Positions 12,211 through 24,708 of a stretch of 64,000 nt of DNA are shown here, one piece after another. Position 1 is the first letter of the stretch, and the number at the start of each line of letters is the position of its first letter. Below the pieces are notes generated by a model that was not told the origin of the DNA, did not search any database, and saw only the letters and a list, made by a program, of their open reading frames with translations. Location of the stretch: assembly GCA_002633005.1 (NCBI GenBank), contig NMRA01000062.1:419981-483980 (forward strand), read 5' to 3'. Both the position numbers and the translations under genes were made by a program. Source of the DNA: Phoronis australis (Eukaryota > Animalia > Phoronida).

Positions 12211-15200
12211 GAGTGACTCCATATAAAAACCAACAGGTAGAGTCTATACCCAAAATCACAAATTTTTTGAAACTTAGCACATGAGGTCGGTTTGTTGAGA
12301 TGTACAAAAACATCACTTTTTACGAATTTTCATTCATTATTTTTCTTTTTATATACCTCCATTTTGCAACAAAATTGAGCATCGAAGTAGGCATGTTTGA
12401 ATGCATTTTACTAGCATGTGTGGTAAGGTCAAATCAAATGAATAATACAAATCGAAAGGGCAATGGCTGAATAATTTAATGGCGTAGCTTTCAAAATCCA
12501 TTTTTAAATTTGTACATTTGTGAGTCAAAACAGCTATTTTTCAAGTTTTCGCCGAAGCCATTTTCGGCCAAATTTGGCACTCTGCAGCAGCCATAACGCA
12601 CCTTTCCTGAAATTGACTTTATAATACTTTTTTTAGTCATTCCTAACCTGTTCATAATCTAAAATAAAAAATCTTGCCTCTAATGTGGTTTTTGCGTACG
12701 AAGCATTACACGGACTGCACTTCGTCCTTTTGCATGTTCTCAGTTGCCTCTGCTACCAATAGGGGGCTCTTGGAACATATTATTAGCTTGCGAAACACGA
12801 CATGAAAACCTTGTATTTTGGAGAAAAGGCAGACAGCATTATTAATTACCATTCTCTGAAAACGGCATTGATGATTATTGCTTATTACAAAAAATATGTA
12901 CGTAAATCAACTGGCATGCGTGCTTCTAAATGATAGATGGCGCTGCTTTTGTTTGCGTGGAGACTGAAGACGCATCTAGAATTAGAGCAGTAACACGAGG
13001 ACCTCCAAGTTAATTGCTATAATTCAAGACTTCGCGAGATATTGCCCTGAACTTTAAATGAAAACACGTGGTTTTGGATAAATTTTAGAGAGGTTCTAGT
13101 ATTACTGAACTCACCCCTGCCTTACTCTTGATTTCTATCTGCCTTGTTCGTGCCACAGGCAAAGGAAGGCACCCAAGGTGGATATGGCCCCCTAGTGTTC
13201 AGTGCAAAAATCCTTCAAGTTGTCAATAGTCATTGTAACTTTGGGTTCATATTGTAATGTCCCTGCTGGTTGCTACAAATTTTAGTCGCCACCAGTCGCC
13301 AGAAATCTGGTGTTTGCCCCCCCACACACCGGGCACCCTAACGCTGAATATTTTTGCCAGTGTGATCATCAGTGGTATAAAAAGGTACACATTCACATTC
13401 AATAGAAAATTATTCACGAGAGACAATTTTATTAATGACTCATTCATGAGAGACATGAAGAAAAAGAAGTAACGGTCTCGACTTCATATATCACACATCT
13501 TTGACTGGTTGTTATGCTACAAAACTAGAGTAAGGCTAAACGTTGAGCTCATTTACCACTTCATTCAGTAAATCTGACGACATAACAGCATCTTCAGCAG
13601 AAATAGCATCATCATAAACATTGCTGCAGACAACCTCGAAAACCAATCTGCGATTGACTTAACATCACAGGTAAACACTTTCCCAGTGGGTTCTCGTAAT
13701 GTTTTCTCCATTTTGGCACTTCCGAGGGTGAACGTTTTTACCTGACTTATCTCCTTCATCGAATATGTTCGTCAGAAAGTTCTCAGCCTTTACTGAAAAT
13801 CTTGTTGACCTTTTACCTTTTTTTCAATGCCTAACCTATTGCTTCAGCATTCGTCTCATCCAAACAGTACTCTGAGGCTGTCTCAAATGACGCTCCGGTT
13901 CTTGCATCTGAAAGCATTTCTGACCACGTGGTTTCCCTCTCTAAATTTTCAGTGTGGTTACCCACATCCAAATGCTGACCTAGTTCTGCGTCTGTAGCAA
14001 AAAATTTCGAGTAACCTTGCTGGGTACAAGGGAACTTTTGTTGAGGCTCTTCGCTAGATACAATGCCAACCTTAACTCTTGGTGTTGAAAATCAGCCATG
14101 TCTAGAGATGTTAGTGTATTTTAAAGAAATAGGTTTCCCATTTGTAAGAACTTACCGTCACCTACATGGAATGATTTCCACACTCGAATTCCTTGGGTGG
14201 AATAGTGGGAATTTGGGAATGTGCTTATACCAGGAACTGAGTATTTTGGAAAAGACTTTGTTGCATTGACTGAACATGCATACACATAACATACCTTCAC
14301 ACGGCCACTGGAAAGTAATGCTTCTTTCAAACCCAGAAAGTTTATGATATTGTTACCTTCGGCTACAAAGTACTTCTCATGTTGTTTGAGTGGAGCCATA
14401 TTGCGATCACAGAGATCCTTTCCATTCTGACTTTCACTAAAGTCACATCTCTGAACAGAAATGCCGGTAGAATTTGACAAGGCTGCTACGTTCAGGAGGA
14501 GAAGAGCTGAGTGGTAACATCCAGCATTACCTGACTCTTCCATGACACATTGTTCAGTCAGAAATTCACCGACTCGGGGTAGTACGAGTCCGTACTCTGG
14601 CACAGGCCTTGCATTGTGAGGTACTTTCCTGTATCTCAAATGTTCAGTGGTGTCTTTGACATAACTCACTAAAGCACAAAGCTTTTGTGATCGGATTTTT
14701 TGCAGAATAAACTCTAATGGAACATGAAGGCCCATCGACATCGTCCGCCATTTTGCCTTTTTAAAATGCACTTGCTTCTCTCAAAACCAGTCATTACAAA
14801 TATCAATTCTTACTCGTTTAATCTTAAAGACATTTATTTCCATTTAAAAGTTCTACAGAGTGCTTGAATTAACCTGATAACGTAAAAGAAAAGAAAGAAT
14901 ACAGGGTTACACGTACATTTTTAGATATCCTCAAGCTTAACCTCAACTGACTCCCTCAGTGGGCGAAGGTCATCGGGTTCAGTTTTGATACTAGCCGCGT
15001 AATAAACCCGGAAAACATCTTGTTTTCATTTGAAAGAGTTTAGACTTGGTTTCTATAACTATTTAAAGCAGACTTCTTGCCTAAAAGTTTGTTCAAATGG
15101 TCTGTAAACTCTGCTCGTCATTTTCAAACTATGAAAATAGACAGTTTTGCAAGACAATTTTCACTAAAGTGCAAAGTTGAGGCAAGATTTTTTATTGCTC

Positions 15201-15668
15201 AGTCATCAAGACTAACTCTTTAACTGTATGTTCAAAACGTCACATAAGGCTACAAGGTGTTTTATGGCAGTAATAAGGTCACAAAAATGGCCACTAAAAT
15301 TAGCCCCAAAAAGTGGTCAGTGGATTATCTCCCCTGTCTAGCACAAAGTGTCAGATTTTAATAAATGGCACAGAATTATGCACAGTATACGTTGGTTATT
15401 TCAGCCACCAAAATATAGCTTTTGATCTATTTTGTATGTTACTCATTTTTGTTGCTGAAAACATGCGATTTTGAGACGGCTAATATGCCCAATTGTGCCA
15501 ATTTGTGTTATCATGCTCCAGCGGCGAAATTAGGGGTCATTGAGTGCACAAAATTTGGCATTTGGGTTTTTGTTAGGATACCTGCTCATGTACAAAAATG
15601 AAGTTGTTTCAAATTTTGACGTATAGACTGATTTTTGAAAATCTTCTGGTTTTTATATGGACTGCCTC
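12211..15668 (-). mobile_element. Decayed Sola3-like DNA transposon
   Basis: Termini GAG...CTC flanked by TTAA (12207-12210) and TTAG (15669-15672). Imperfect TIRs: GAGTGACTCCATATAAAAACC..AGTCTATAC versus GTATAGACT..GGTTTTTATATGGACTGCCTC. Contains a transposase relic. GAG termini with a TTAA TSD are Sola3 hallmarks. Confidence 0.7.
13590..14771 (-). pseudogene. Sola3-type DDE transposase pseudogene (C-terminal half)
   Basis: ORF 14121-14771 has SGNAGCYHS and CDFSESQNGKDLCDR (cf. SDNAGCYH / DFSExQxGKDxCDR). Downstream frames give a decayed C2H2 finger FPCTQQGYSKFF...LGQHLDVGNH, then STRFSVKAENFLTNIFDEG and IADWFSRLSAA. Stops and frameshifts are present. Confidence 0.75.
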
Positions 15669-15727
15669 TTAGTTGTGCGAAGTCGAATCCGCTTGTGCTG
15701 CTCCAAAAATGTTTACTCTGCTCACTA

Positions 15728-15818
15728 CATGGGGCACGCACCGCTGGGGGGGGGGTCTATGAGCGGTGCACCACAGGGGGGCTATAGCCTCCCGCTTTTT
15801 CAGTGCTGCGCCACCCGT
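15728..15818. mobile_element. Mini-MITE copy (tandem/compound form)
   Basis: Shares GCGGTGCACCACAGGGGGGCT with 24623-24708 and GGGGGCTATAGCC.CC..CTTTTT with 9429-9488. Confidence 0.6.
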
Positions 15819-17487
15819 ACACTATTCCATTTCTGGTAAACATCTTGCAATATCTTTGAGAAGTAGACATTTTTGAAATCAACAGACGCCGAAACGTCAC
15901 ATTTAAGGCTATCATGAGGGGTTGTTCTTTGAAACTGATTTCCGCCCCACACTCAAGACATCTTAAATCCGCCTGTGAAGCTATGACTGTTAAAAATAAG
16001 CAGTCACATACGCAACATAAAAAGCTGAAACCCCAAACACGTCAAAATGTCAAAAATGAGACAAAAGTGAACAAATCGTTAACATTTAAGCATCGTCTTG
16101 GTCCACGCTCATCAAAGCTCATGATTTCTGGCACGTCGGCTCTGTAGAAACTCATGTCAGTAAAATTTAAATGTTATAATGGAAATCATTAACGGAATTA
16201 AACGTTCCCAGGCAAACCTCCGGGGTGACTGAAAAAAAATAACAGGGATATTAAGAATGTCCGGCTTTCATTAAATAAGTTCCTATTTTACCGAACCTAC
16301 TACTTGAAACTGAGTACATTCAAGATTCATGTCAGTTGAGCCGGTTAATTTTGATTGAAACAACTTCAGCTCAATTAGATTGAAACAAAAAATAAAAATG
16401 ACATACATTCGTAGTGAACTTTTCGGCGTTTGAAGTCATTAAATCGTGCACATTTTTTATTTCTTTTTAAACTTGATTGAAAACTTAGAGTAAATTTCTG
16501 AGTTTACAAGAGTCACTACCATCGCAAACATTTTGTGATTGTTATTGAAACTGTCGGTAAACGAATGTATTACCACACTGTAATATGTGTAAATGGAATG
16601 CATTACCACGCTGTAATATGTGTAAATGAAAAGGATTTCGCTTTCGAAAAAGACATTATACGTAAACAGAATGGAAATAAAGATTCACCATTTTATTTCC
16701 AGGTCTTTCATACATTCTTTATTGAGACGTCTTAACAATTTTTACTACACCAATACAACATGTCTGTGTATTCCAAATTCGTGCTTGATGTTTCCTAGAT
16801 TCGAGCTGCAAACTTGAGATTTGAGTCGAGACTCAACCGCTTTAATGTCATCAAGTGCAAAATGGTATTACACGGTTATCCACATAAACCATAATATACT
16901 TCATTACATACACAAAACGTGCAGAGAGTGGCGTAGATGAAGTAATATCCCGCGAGACCTTATACCGCGTATAGACCAAGACCGAAGGTCGAGGTCGGTA
17001 CCCGGAATGTATGTACTTGTTTTCTCTAGTAAAAGAAACAGTTTTAAATGAAACTATTTATTACTTGAAAATAGATAACGAAGATAAAAACAAGAGTAAT
17101 TGTAAAAAACATAGAACATGTAACATTTCTTGGAAATAGTTAAATAACAATATTAAGTGGCTGATCTAGGATATCATAATGGGGAGGGGCAACATTTTAT
17201 ATCGTAGACAATCGCGCATAGAGCGCGATTGATCGTAGAGGCTCGTACCGACGAATGGGGGAGGTCGCGAGGGGTTTTTTTCCTTCCGCCCAGGGGAAAA
17301 TTTTGTTTTTGCCTCTGAAAACAAGCATTTTCCTTGATTTCTGGAGTATAACGAACCGTTTCCTTGGCCAGGTTGATATTTGCGACTAGCGTGGCTAAAT
17401 CGCATTCTCACAACCCTCTTGATCACAGAGCGCGCCACCACACAATTTTTCCGTCAGCTCGTGAGGCAAACTAGATATCAAATCACG

Positions 17488-17608
17488 CTCCCTCCCTTCC
17501 CCCTCCCAACCCTCCCTCCCTCCCTCCCTCCTCCCATCCCTCCCTCCCCCTTCCCCCCTCCCAACCCTCCCTCCCCTCCCAATACTCCCTCCCCTCCCCT
17601 CTCCCTCT
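17488..17608 (+). repeat. Polypyrimidine (CCCT)n-like tract
   Basis: About 120 bp of almost pure C/T; the source of the spurious Pro-rich ORF 17380-17610. Confidence 0.9.
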
Positions 17609-17619
17609 GATATAGCTTC

Positions 17620-18330
17620 TAAACATCATTTGTTCTGCCACATTCTCTTCTTCATAAAGTATTTGTACCTGATCACTCAGAACCTATTGGAAAAAGTTGC
17701 TGTGAAAATTTTCGATGTCATTGCAAATTGAGGTACCGCATATTTCGGCTCCACATGTTATGATGGACAATATCACGACATGAGACGTGAACTTTCGGCA
17801 CTGACAAATGCTTTGCCAATATCGACATAGTTCACCTTTCTACACCTTTGTTACACATTTCTGAATTAAACTCTACAAAATAATAACGCTACCAATAGTG
17901 GAATTTATATGCAGTACTACAACCTGCTTCTTCTTAAGTGATACAGTGAATTCTACTTGTCCATTTAACAAGTCTCGTATTCAAAATAGTCCTAGCATAT
18001 TGATGCTGCCCAACAGTCATATTCCTCTGTAATTACTAGGGTTGTTTTATAAACTTTCTTGAATGAGGGCACAGTAACACTTCTAAAACCATCCCTCAGG
18101 AAAAGTCCCTGTAACGAGTTCATGCAATATATCAATTAGCCTGCCAATTGTAAATTTATAGAATTCATTGGGGACGTCATCTTCACCAGCGGATAAGCCT
18201 TTTGAACAGCTTGGATTATTTCTTCCGTGCTAATTAAATTATTTAAGCTTTGTGGATTGTTCTTCAGCACGCCATCTATGCATTCATCACATTCTACATC
18301 GTGATCATTTAGAAATTTTGTAACGTCATC
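17620..18330 (-). mobile_element. Decayed LINE RT-region fragment
   Basis: Minus-strand frames give ISTEEIIQAVQ, SAGEDDVPNEFYK, PSNYRGI*LLG, ILNTRL and YVDIGKAF, which are typical non-LTR RT motifs, interrupted by stops. Confidence 0.7.
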
Positions 18331-19238
18331 AAAGAAAAAATTGATTTCCTTTAGACCAATCCATGAGAAGATTTTTGACAGGCCACCTTACTACAGGCTG
18401 GGAGAGGTGCCTCATCCCTGCCAAGCAGCAAGCCAAACTTATTCATAAAGACATACCCGAGTTATCTGAGCGTGTAAATCTTTGTTAGAAAGTAATACAA
18501 TTAGTTCCACCAAACTAGGTTTATTGTATTGGAAACACCAGGAGCATGGTAATGCGCTGCGTGCAAGTGATCTGGGTGACTGGGGTGTACTTGGTAAAGT
18601 TAACGCAACTTAAAAGCCATGCTGTGCCATACTTTAAAGTACAAAAACCATTTTAGACTTGAAATATGCTGCACACTATTTAGATTCGATGATAGTAGCG
18701 GATTCTTGACTAAACCCCAAACCATTCGAGTTACTCCCTATTCGCATATTTCGGTTGTGATCTTTGTATCATGTTCCTTCTTTTTTCGATACAATTCCTT
18801 ACAACCATTTTTCAGTTTCATATACTCATTTACGTCGGAGTTGCTAATGACCGCTACCTGTCTAAACTCATTGGTTTACGGGGCGGGGGGCATACAAACC
18901 CAGTGCCACGCACCATCTCCCATGTTCCACCGGTTGCCGGTCAAAAATCAGCCAGTTGCCTTCGGGAATAGTTGAAAATATTCTGTTTTAAAAAACAAAA
19001 AAATGTTGGTTAATGATTTACATGTTCAAGCCTTGCGAAAATCAAATGATTCGTAAATGATTATTAGACAATTACAAACTAATCTTGTCAGAATTGATGA
19101 TATTTCAGTGAACATTACGTAATTTGAAGTTAGGAAAATCTCTGTCAGCCGATTCCTAAACAGCCAAGCACACACGAGAACTTTTGCCTATCTGCAATAA
19201 GTCTCAGTGATGTTTCTGGATTTCTAACAGTTCTATTA

Positions 19239-19330
19239 CAGGGTGTCCCAAAAATGCATTCACAGTTCATATGACAATAAATGATTGTTTATTGACTTAG
19301 GAACAAGACTGTTGGTGTAAATTAACAAAC
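19239..19330 (+). mobile_element. Terminal fragment of the Tc1/mariner-like MITE
   Basis: TA|CAGGGTGTCCCAAAAATG.A.TCAC...TGACAATAAATG..TTGTTTATTGACTT.GGAACAAGA matches the reverse complement of 48135-48206. Confidence 0.7.
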
Positions 19331-19344
19331 AGATGATCAAAAAT

Positions 19345-19794
19345 TGGAAGTAAAGGTCCTCAGACTCAAGCAAAAGTACTTCTTACCCATTTAGGTTTCG
19401 TCCACCATGGGCGGAAGACTTCGTCAGAGTGACACGGATCTCTTACGCACATGCGCAGAGAGCGCCCGATCGTAGATATGTGCAACTCAATGCCAACGTC
19501 CCTGTTTATAGAGGGGTTACCATGCTTGATCTGGATAGCTTTTCTGGTTTTCTGAGAATATCTCTATTATCACACTCAATAATATTCACAAAAGAGATAT
19601 TCCCAGAAAACCAGAAAAGCTATCCAGATCAAGCATGGTAACCCCACTATAAACAGGGACGTTGGCATTGAGTTGCACAATCGGGTGCTCTCTGCGCATG
19701 TGCCATCTACGTAGGACGAAGTATTCCGTCCATGGAGGACGAAAGCTAAACGAGTAAGAAATATTTTGCTTGCGTCTCAGAATCTTTACTACCA
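19345..19794. repeat. ~450-bp palindrome (foldback element)
   Basis: Inner arms 19479-19565 and 19593-19679 are 87-bp reverse complements with 2 mismatches around a 27-nt loop. The outer arms are more diverged but still alignable. Confidence 0.92.
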
Positions 19795-20038
19795 TGTGTC
19801 ACTAAGCTGATGAACTATTTTGGACATTAAAAAAGGAGTTTTAACTTAAAAAGTCTTAAAATTTAATCACACTCTTTATTCAGTAAATTGTGAAGATTAA
19901 TTGTCTTTGCATTTCCCGATTGTTTTCTGGTTCCCAGTAGTATTGCACAATGAATTCTCGTTATTCAAAACTAAGTAATTTGTTTGCCATTCCCGTGGAT
20001 ACAGAGCATGTGGTGGTTCATGCTCTTACTTGCAAACA

Positions 20039-20096
20039 AGGCGTAACCATGCAGTAGGCGTAACCGTGCAGTAGGCGTAACCATGCAGTAGGCGTG
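20039..20096. repeat. 17-bp tandem repeat AGGCGTAACC(A/G)TGCAGT, ~3.4 copies
   Basis: Directly visible. Confidence 0.85.
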
Positions 20097-20432
20097 AGTG
20101 CAGTGCAGAATTTGAGCTCCCGGCGTTGTAGTGAAGTGTGAGCGCATTTTTAGAACCCCTTGTGTGATAACGTTTAAACGCATCGTGCGATTTTGATAAT
20201 AACTTTTGTATTTCATACCTTTCTTGAAATGTAGGCTATTACCTTTAAATCGAAAGAATAATTTTTGGTTCACACGCTTCAAATATCCATTCGAGAGATT
20301 TCATAAATTTGTTCACACATCCGAGATCTATCTACAAACATATCTTTCAATGTTCACAGCCTCACAAACTGGCTTATATATAGATCCCTTTGAGTGACAC
20401 CCAGTTTCAACACTACAAAAAGCCTCTCCAGA

Positions 20433-20480
20433 TTTATTATTATTATTATTGTTGTTATTATTATTATTATTATTATTATT
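20433..20480. repeat. (TTA)n microsatellite
   Basis: Directly visible; gives the poly-Tyr run in ORF 20390-20683. Confidence 0.95.
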
Positions 20481-20786
20481 GTGACGGGACGTTCGTAACT
20501 TTACGCTTATTGTTATTCTTATTTAGTTGCAAATGTTCAGTTATTCTTATGCTAATGTCTTTGTTGCGTCTCAGTGCGCCTTTGTTACGTGGGCATGTGG
20601 GCGCGACTGTATGTGTCGGGCACTTCGCTAGCGACAGGCTTAGGAGAAGGGTGTTTCCTTCTTTTGCTTTCATGGAAAGTTGATCGTTATCATGTGCAAA
20701 TTGAACTGAAACGAATGCCTGATGAGAGAAAATACATATTCTGAGGTTCAGTGGAGACTTACTCTGTTACATTTGGCGCCCAACGT
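20480..20786 (+). mobile_element. 5' LTR of an LTR retrotransposon with a tRNA-Lys primer-binding site
   Basis: TGTGAC at 20480 ... GTTACA at 20771 (292-bp LTR with TG..CA ends), then TT and TGGCGCCCAACGT (20774-20786), matching the tRNA-Lys PBS TGGCGCCCAACGTGGGGC. The leader runs into an N at 21026. Confidence 0.8.
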
Positions 20787-23771
20787 AAATCGAACAAACC
20801 AGAACTTTTCTCTGACGACGTCTGTAAAATTATGACCGTGCTACGGCCTTGCATGGAAAGTTGAACTGCTTGCTGACTTTACAAGATTTATGTCGCGACT
20901 CGGGTAAGAATTTTCTGGAAAGGACAATGTCTTAATTTGCTACTGTGGTCACAAGTTCGTGGTGGTGTCTGGAACGGATCCTCGTGCTCGCCAAGAACGG
21001 AACTTTCTGGACTATGTGTTTGACGNACAATTTATTGATTATTATTACAGTAAAATGTGCATGAAAACAGTTACCACTACATGAGCTCAAAAATCAAGCG
21101 TGGAAACATTTCATCGAGATTAATAAAATTAAGGATTTCGGCAAAGTTATTCCAGTTTAATAACGGCGTATATCCCAAGAACTGTGTTAAGGCTGAATTA
21201 TTGCTGACCAACAATATTATTCGACTTTAGATACCAATCGTTACCAAGACGGCCAGAGGGCAAGGTTTTTTCACGCTTGGACATCAATGTTGAAAAAGGT
21301 GACTGATCCAAAAAGCTCATTTAAGATTTTTTTGACAACCTTAATTTACATTTCTGACAACTAATTGTGGAGTAACCTCGTTCTGGCTCATCGAGCAGCG
21401 GTTATCAAGGCAGCAAGGGAATTTAAACTTGGAGAAAAATATTGAACAATAAGGGTGACCCAATAAGCTTGAACAAGCTTACTCAAAGTAAGGTAAGTAT
21501 ATCTGTGACAAAAAATCACTGATATGAAAACAACTGCAAGCAAAAGACTTAAGTTTATGATGGACATCAATAGTACTGAAAAGCTGAAAATTTCCACAGG
21601 ATGAGTCTAATTTTTTGTAGCCAGACTGCTTACTGCAAAGGACACACTTGCACAAGGATAAAAAAGCCTTTGTTTATCGCTGATTTAATCAATTTATGAC
21701 AGAGAGTGGTAGCGTTTGACTTTGATCCGTTTTATGTTTTATATAGCTCACACTTTTCAGTAATCATCTTAATAGTGTTTTGAACGGTAATCAAAACTTA
21801 ACAATCTTTGGAACATTAAAACGACTTTCATTTTTTTCGAAAAAGTGCCCTAAAAACGTAAACGCAAAGTCATAACCTCGGCTGATATGAGAAGATCAAT
21901 AATTTTTTGCATGAAAACGTGTTTTTAATTTTAGTTAATAAATACATAGTTCGCCAACACATTGTTCGATTTATAAACGAAAAATGCTCCACAAAGTTGA
22001 CGCTGAGTGGACTTTTACGAGAACATTTTCCGAATAAACGCCCCCACTATCTGAACACTTTACACCAGAAGCTGTAACACCAAACAAAAGCCCATGAGCG
22101 TTTATTCGGCATAATTTTCCGAATAGACGCACATGCGCGTTTGATCGGGTGGGTTTATCTACGGAAAATCCAGGTATATGTCAACTGTGTTCCACAATGC
22201 ACTGTTGACGTATTCACATTACAACTCTTAATCTGACCAAGCTTAACTCGAGGCATTAAAAGCCTCTCCCTTAATTGTGCACTGAAAATTCAGCTGAGAT
22301 TGCAATTGAAATAAAGAACAAAGATAGCATGCATAGGTTATATTGACCAAAACAAGTTTTCACCGACTAATTAATCGAAACCTGGAGATTTCGACGACTT
22401 GTGACGTTTTCAGCTTTTTTTTGGCTTCGGCAGATCAACTTAATTTGATCTTAAGAACTCAAGTTCTCTAAATCCGCTGTGTGTTTCTTTAAAATCGACT
22501 AAGGGGCTGTTGTGCTATGGCTGTACCTTTGTTAAAAATGAAATTTGACTTAAGGAAGGTGGCCACGCTACGTAATTATCAAGGGTACTTTTACAATCCC
22601 ATATCTTTCATCTTTCAGAAAATATATACTTTTGCTAGTTGACGCAGCCTAGTTTTTCTGATAATTAACTTTGAATTGACGTTCCTCAATACGGTTCTAC
22701 AAAGATCTTGGCGATGGACGGGTTGTAAAGAAATAAGCAAAACAGAGCAACATCTACGACGAGCACACGAACGGAGATAAACGTGTTTGATATTAAAGCG
22801 GTCAGGCGACTGTAGTGTTCGGCTAAATTACTCGATTTCTTACCTACAAACTTCTACCCATGGCTTTCTGCAATCAGTTAAAAGATCTGTTATTGAAGAA
22901 AACATGTCCTGCATGTGGCTATTTGGCAGTTAACAATCGGATGCTGGCACGTTGATTAATACAGGCTAATCGTTGGGCGAGGATTGCCGGCAGTTCATTG
23001 GCCAAACTAACAAAAACTGGCTATAACATTAATATCGAACCGCGTCTGTATTTATAAAATTGCGGTTTACAGTCAAATATCCTGGCTACAAACCAATAAA
23101 ATAATTCCGGCAGTAGGTTTCAAATATATACGCCAAAGGATCAAGAAGAAAAATGCACTCTCTCGCAGGGAACACAGGAACAGGGTCAGATTTCACTGCC
23201 GAAAAACTACCTGCATGAACCATGGCGGATCGAGCTTACAACTGAGGGGTTGACTGGCAGCCGTTTCCACTTCGTTTGTTCTGCATGATCCCATGATATG
23301 CAAATTCCTCTAAACAGCAATTTAGGGGTACCAAAGCAAGACGAATTTTCTGCAGTAAATATGAAATCTGAAGATTCGCGAGTTAACATTTTCTAAGCCA
23401 GTAAAATGAACGTACGTGTCACTTTTTACGCAGTTTAAGTATGAATGAAAAAGTCACGAGCTAGGAAAGAGAATAGAAAACGGGATGTGATGATTTAGGA
23501 TTCTCTCCGAGAATATTGTCGCGTGGTTTTGAAAATGGGTAACAACGTCAGGAGTTGAAAAGTAGATATAGGGAAATGTCAGAGGGTATTTGGTGAATGA
23601 CTAACTAATTTAGCATAGGATAACAGGTGCATCAACTGCGACTTCGCGCCTTCGTCCTGCTCAAAACTGGGCATCACGGAGACTTGTAGGTGGATTGTGC
23701 TGCGGGTCCGTCATCAGATCATTTTCATTTAAAAGGACATCAGACCCGGTCTTGACATATCAACTGGTATA

Positions 23772-24078
23772 AAAACGACTTTCCATTCCAGCGACCTAAA
23801 AATCAATACTTTGCTAACCCTCGACAGCCTTCAAAAGCTGGAGCAAAATTTGAAAACTCTTTTCAAAGTCTGCTGAACGTGCAAGCAAGACCTACACTTT
23901 TTAAAGCTTAAAAGCGGCTTACACGACAACTGCAGAAAAAGACACCCACCAAGAACCATAATATTCACTCTGGAACACAGAGAGTGCGAGTTGAATCCTG
24001 CTTTTATCATTCAACTGGACGCCAATAATGCATCAACTGGTGGCAGAACGAAGGTTGGTTGAAATCACCAAAACAAGA
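23772..24078 (+). repeat. Interspersed repeat family B copy
   Basis: Colinear with 11148-11445. Confidence 0.75.
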
Positions 24079-24622
24079 AGCAGTTAGTATGTAACTTGTT
24101 TATCTCAAAGGATTAATTAGCGCTGTTCGGTATTCCGCAATTACCGGTAAATCATCGGTTAACTGCGGCTGGTCAGCAAAAGAGAATGAAGTGTGCCTCG
24201 GGGAAAACGCTTAATTACCTTTTTAATCGAAGATAAGACCAAACACATAGACCAAAAAAGCCAATTCTAAGAAGCCTAGCGGATCTTAAGACCTTAACTG
24301 AGAAAATTACCCCTTTGCTGACAGGTCTTTTGCTTGCCTTTATGCCTAAAACGCTTTCATTTTCGCTTTCATTTTAGCCTGATGGGAACCCATGATGTTA
24401 ATGTGTCCGGAAAAGGTCAATCCTTTAAATCCATGATTTTACGAAGAATTAGATAGGATATCAATTCCATGATTCAGTCCACCTTGAGAGACTTTCTGGG
24501 TTTGAGGATTTATTTCTTTATCCTTCCCAATGAGCTAATGTCAAGGTCAAGCTAATTGATTGCTAAACTTTCTTTATGGCAGCAGTCGTGATTGAAAATA
24601 TTTAAACACGAGTAGCTATTAT

Positions 24623-24708
24623 CATGGGCGGCGCACTCCCACTTTTTACAGTGCTTCGCCGCCCATGGTCTATAGGCGGTGCACCACAGGGGGGCTGCGC
24701 CGCCCATG
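24623..24708. mobile_element. Mini-MITE, two units in tandem
   Basis: CATGGGCGGCGCA...CGCCGCCCATG, then GTCTATAGGCGGTGCA...TGCGCCGCCCATG. Confidence 0.65.

Noticed and set aside
17380-17610. Proline-rich ORF; likewise the poly-Tyr (20390-20683) and poly-Ile (54413-54634) ORFs
   Set aside because: Translations of simple sequence repeats.
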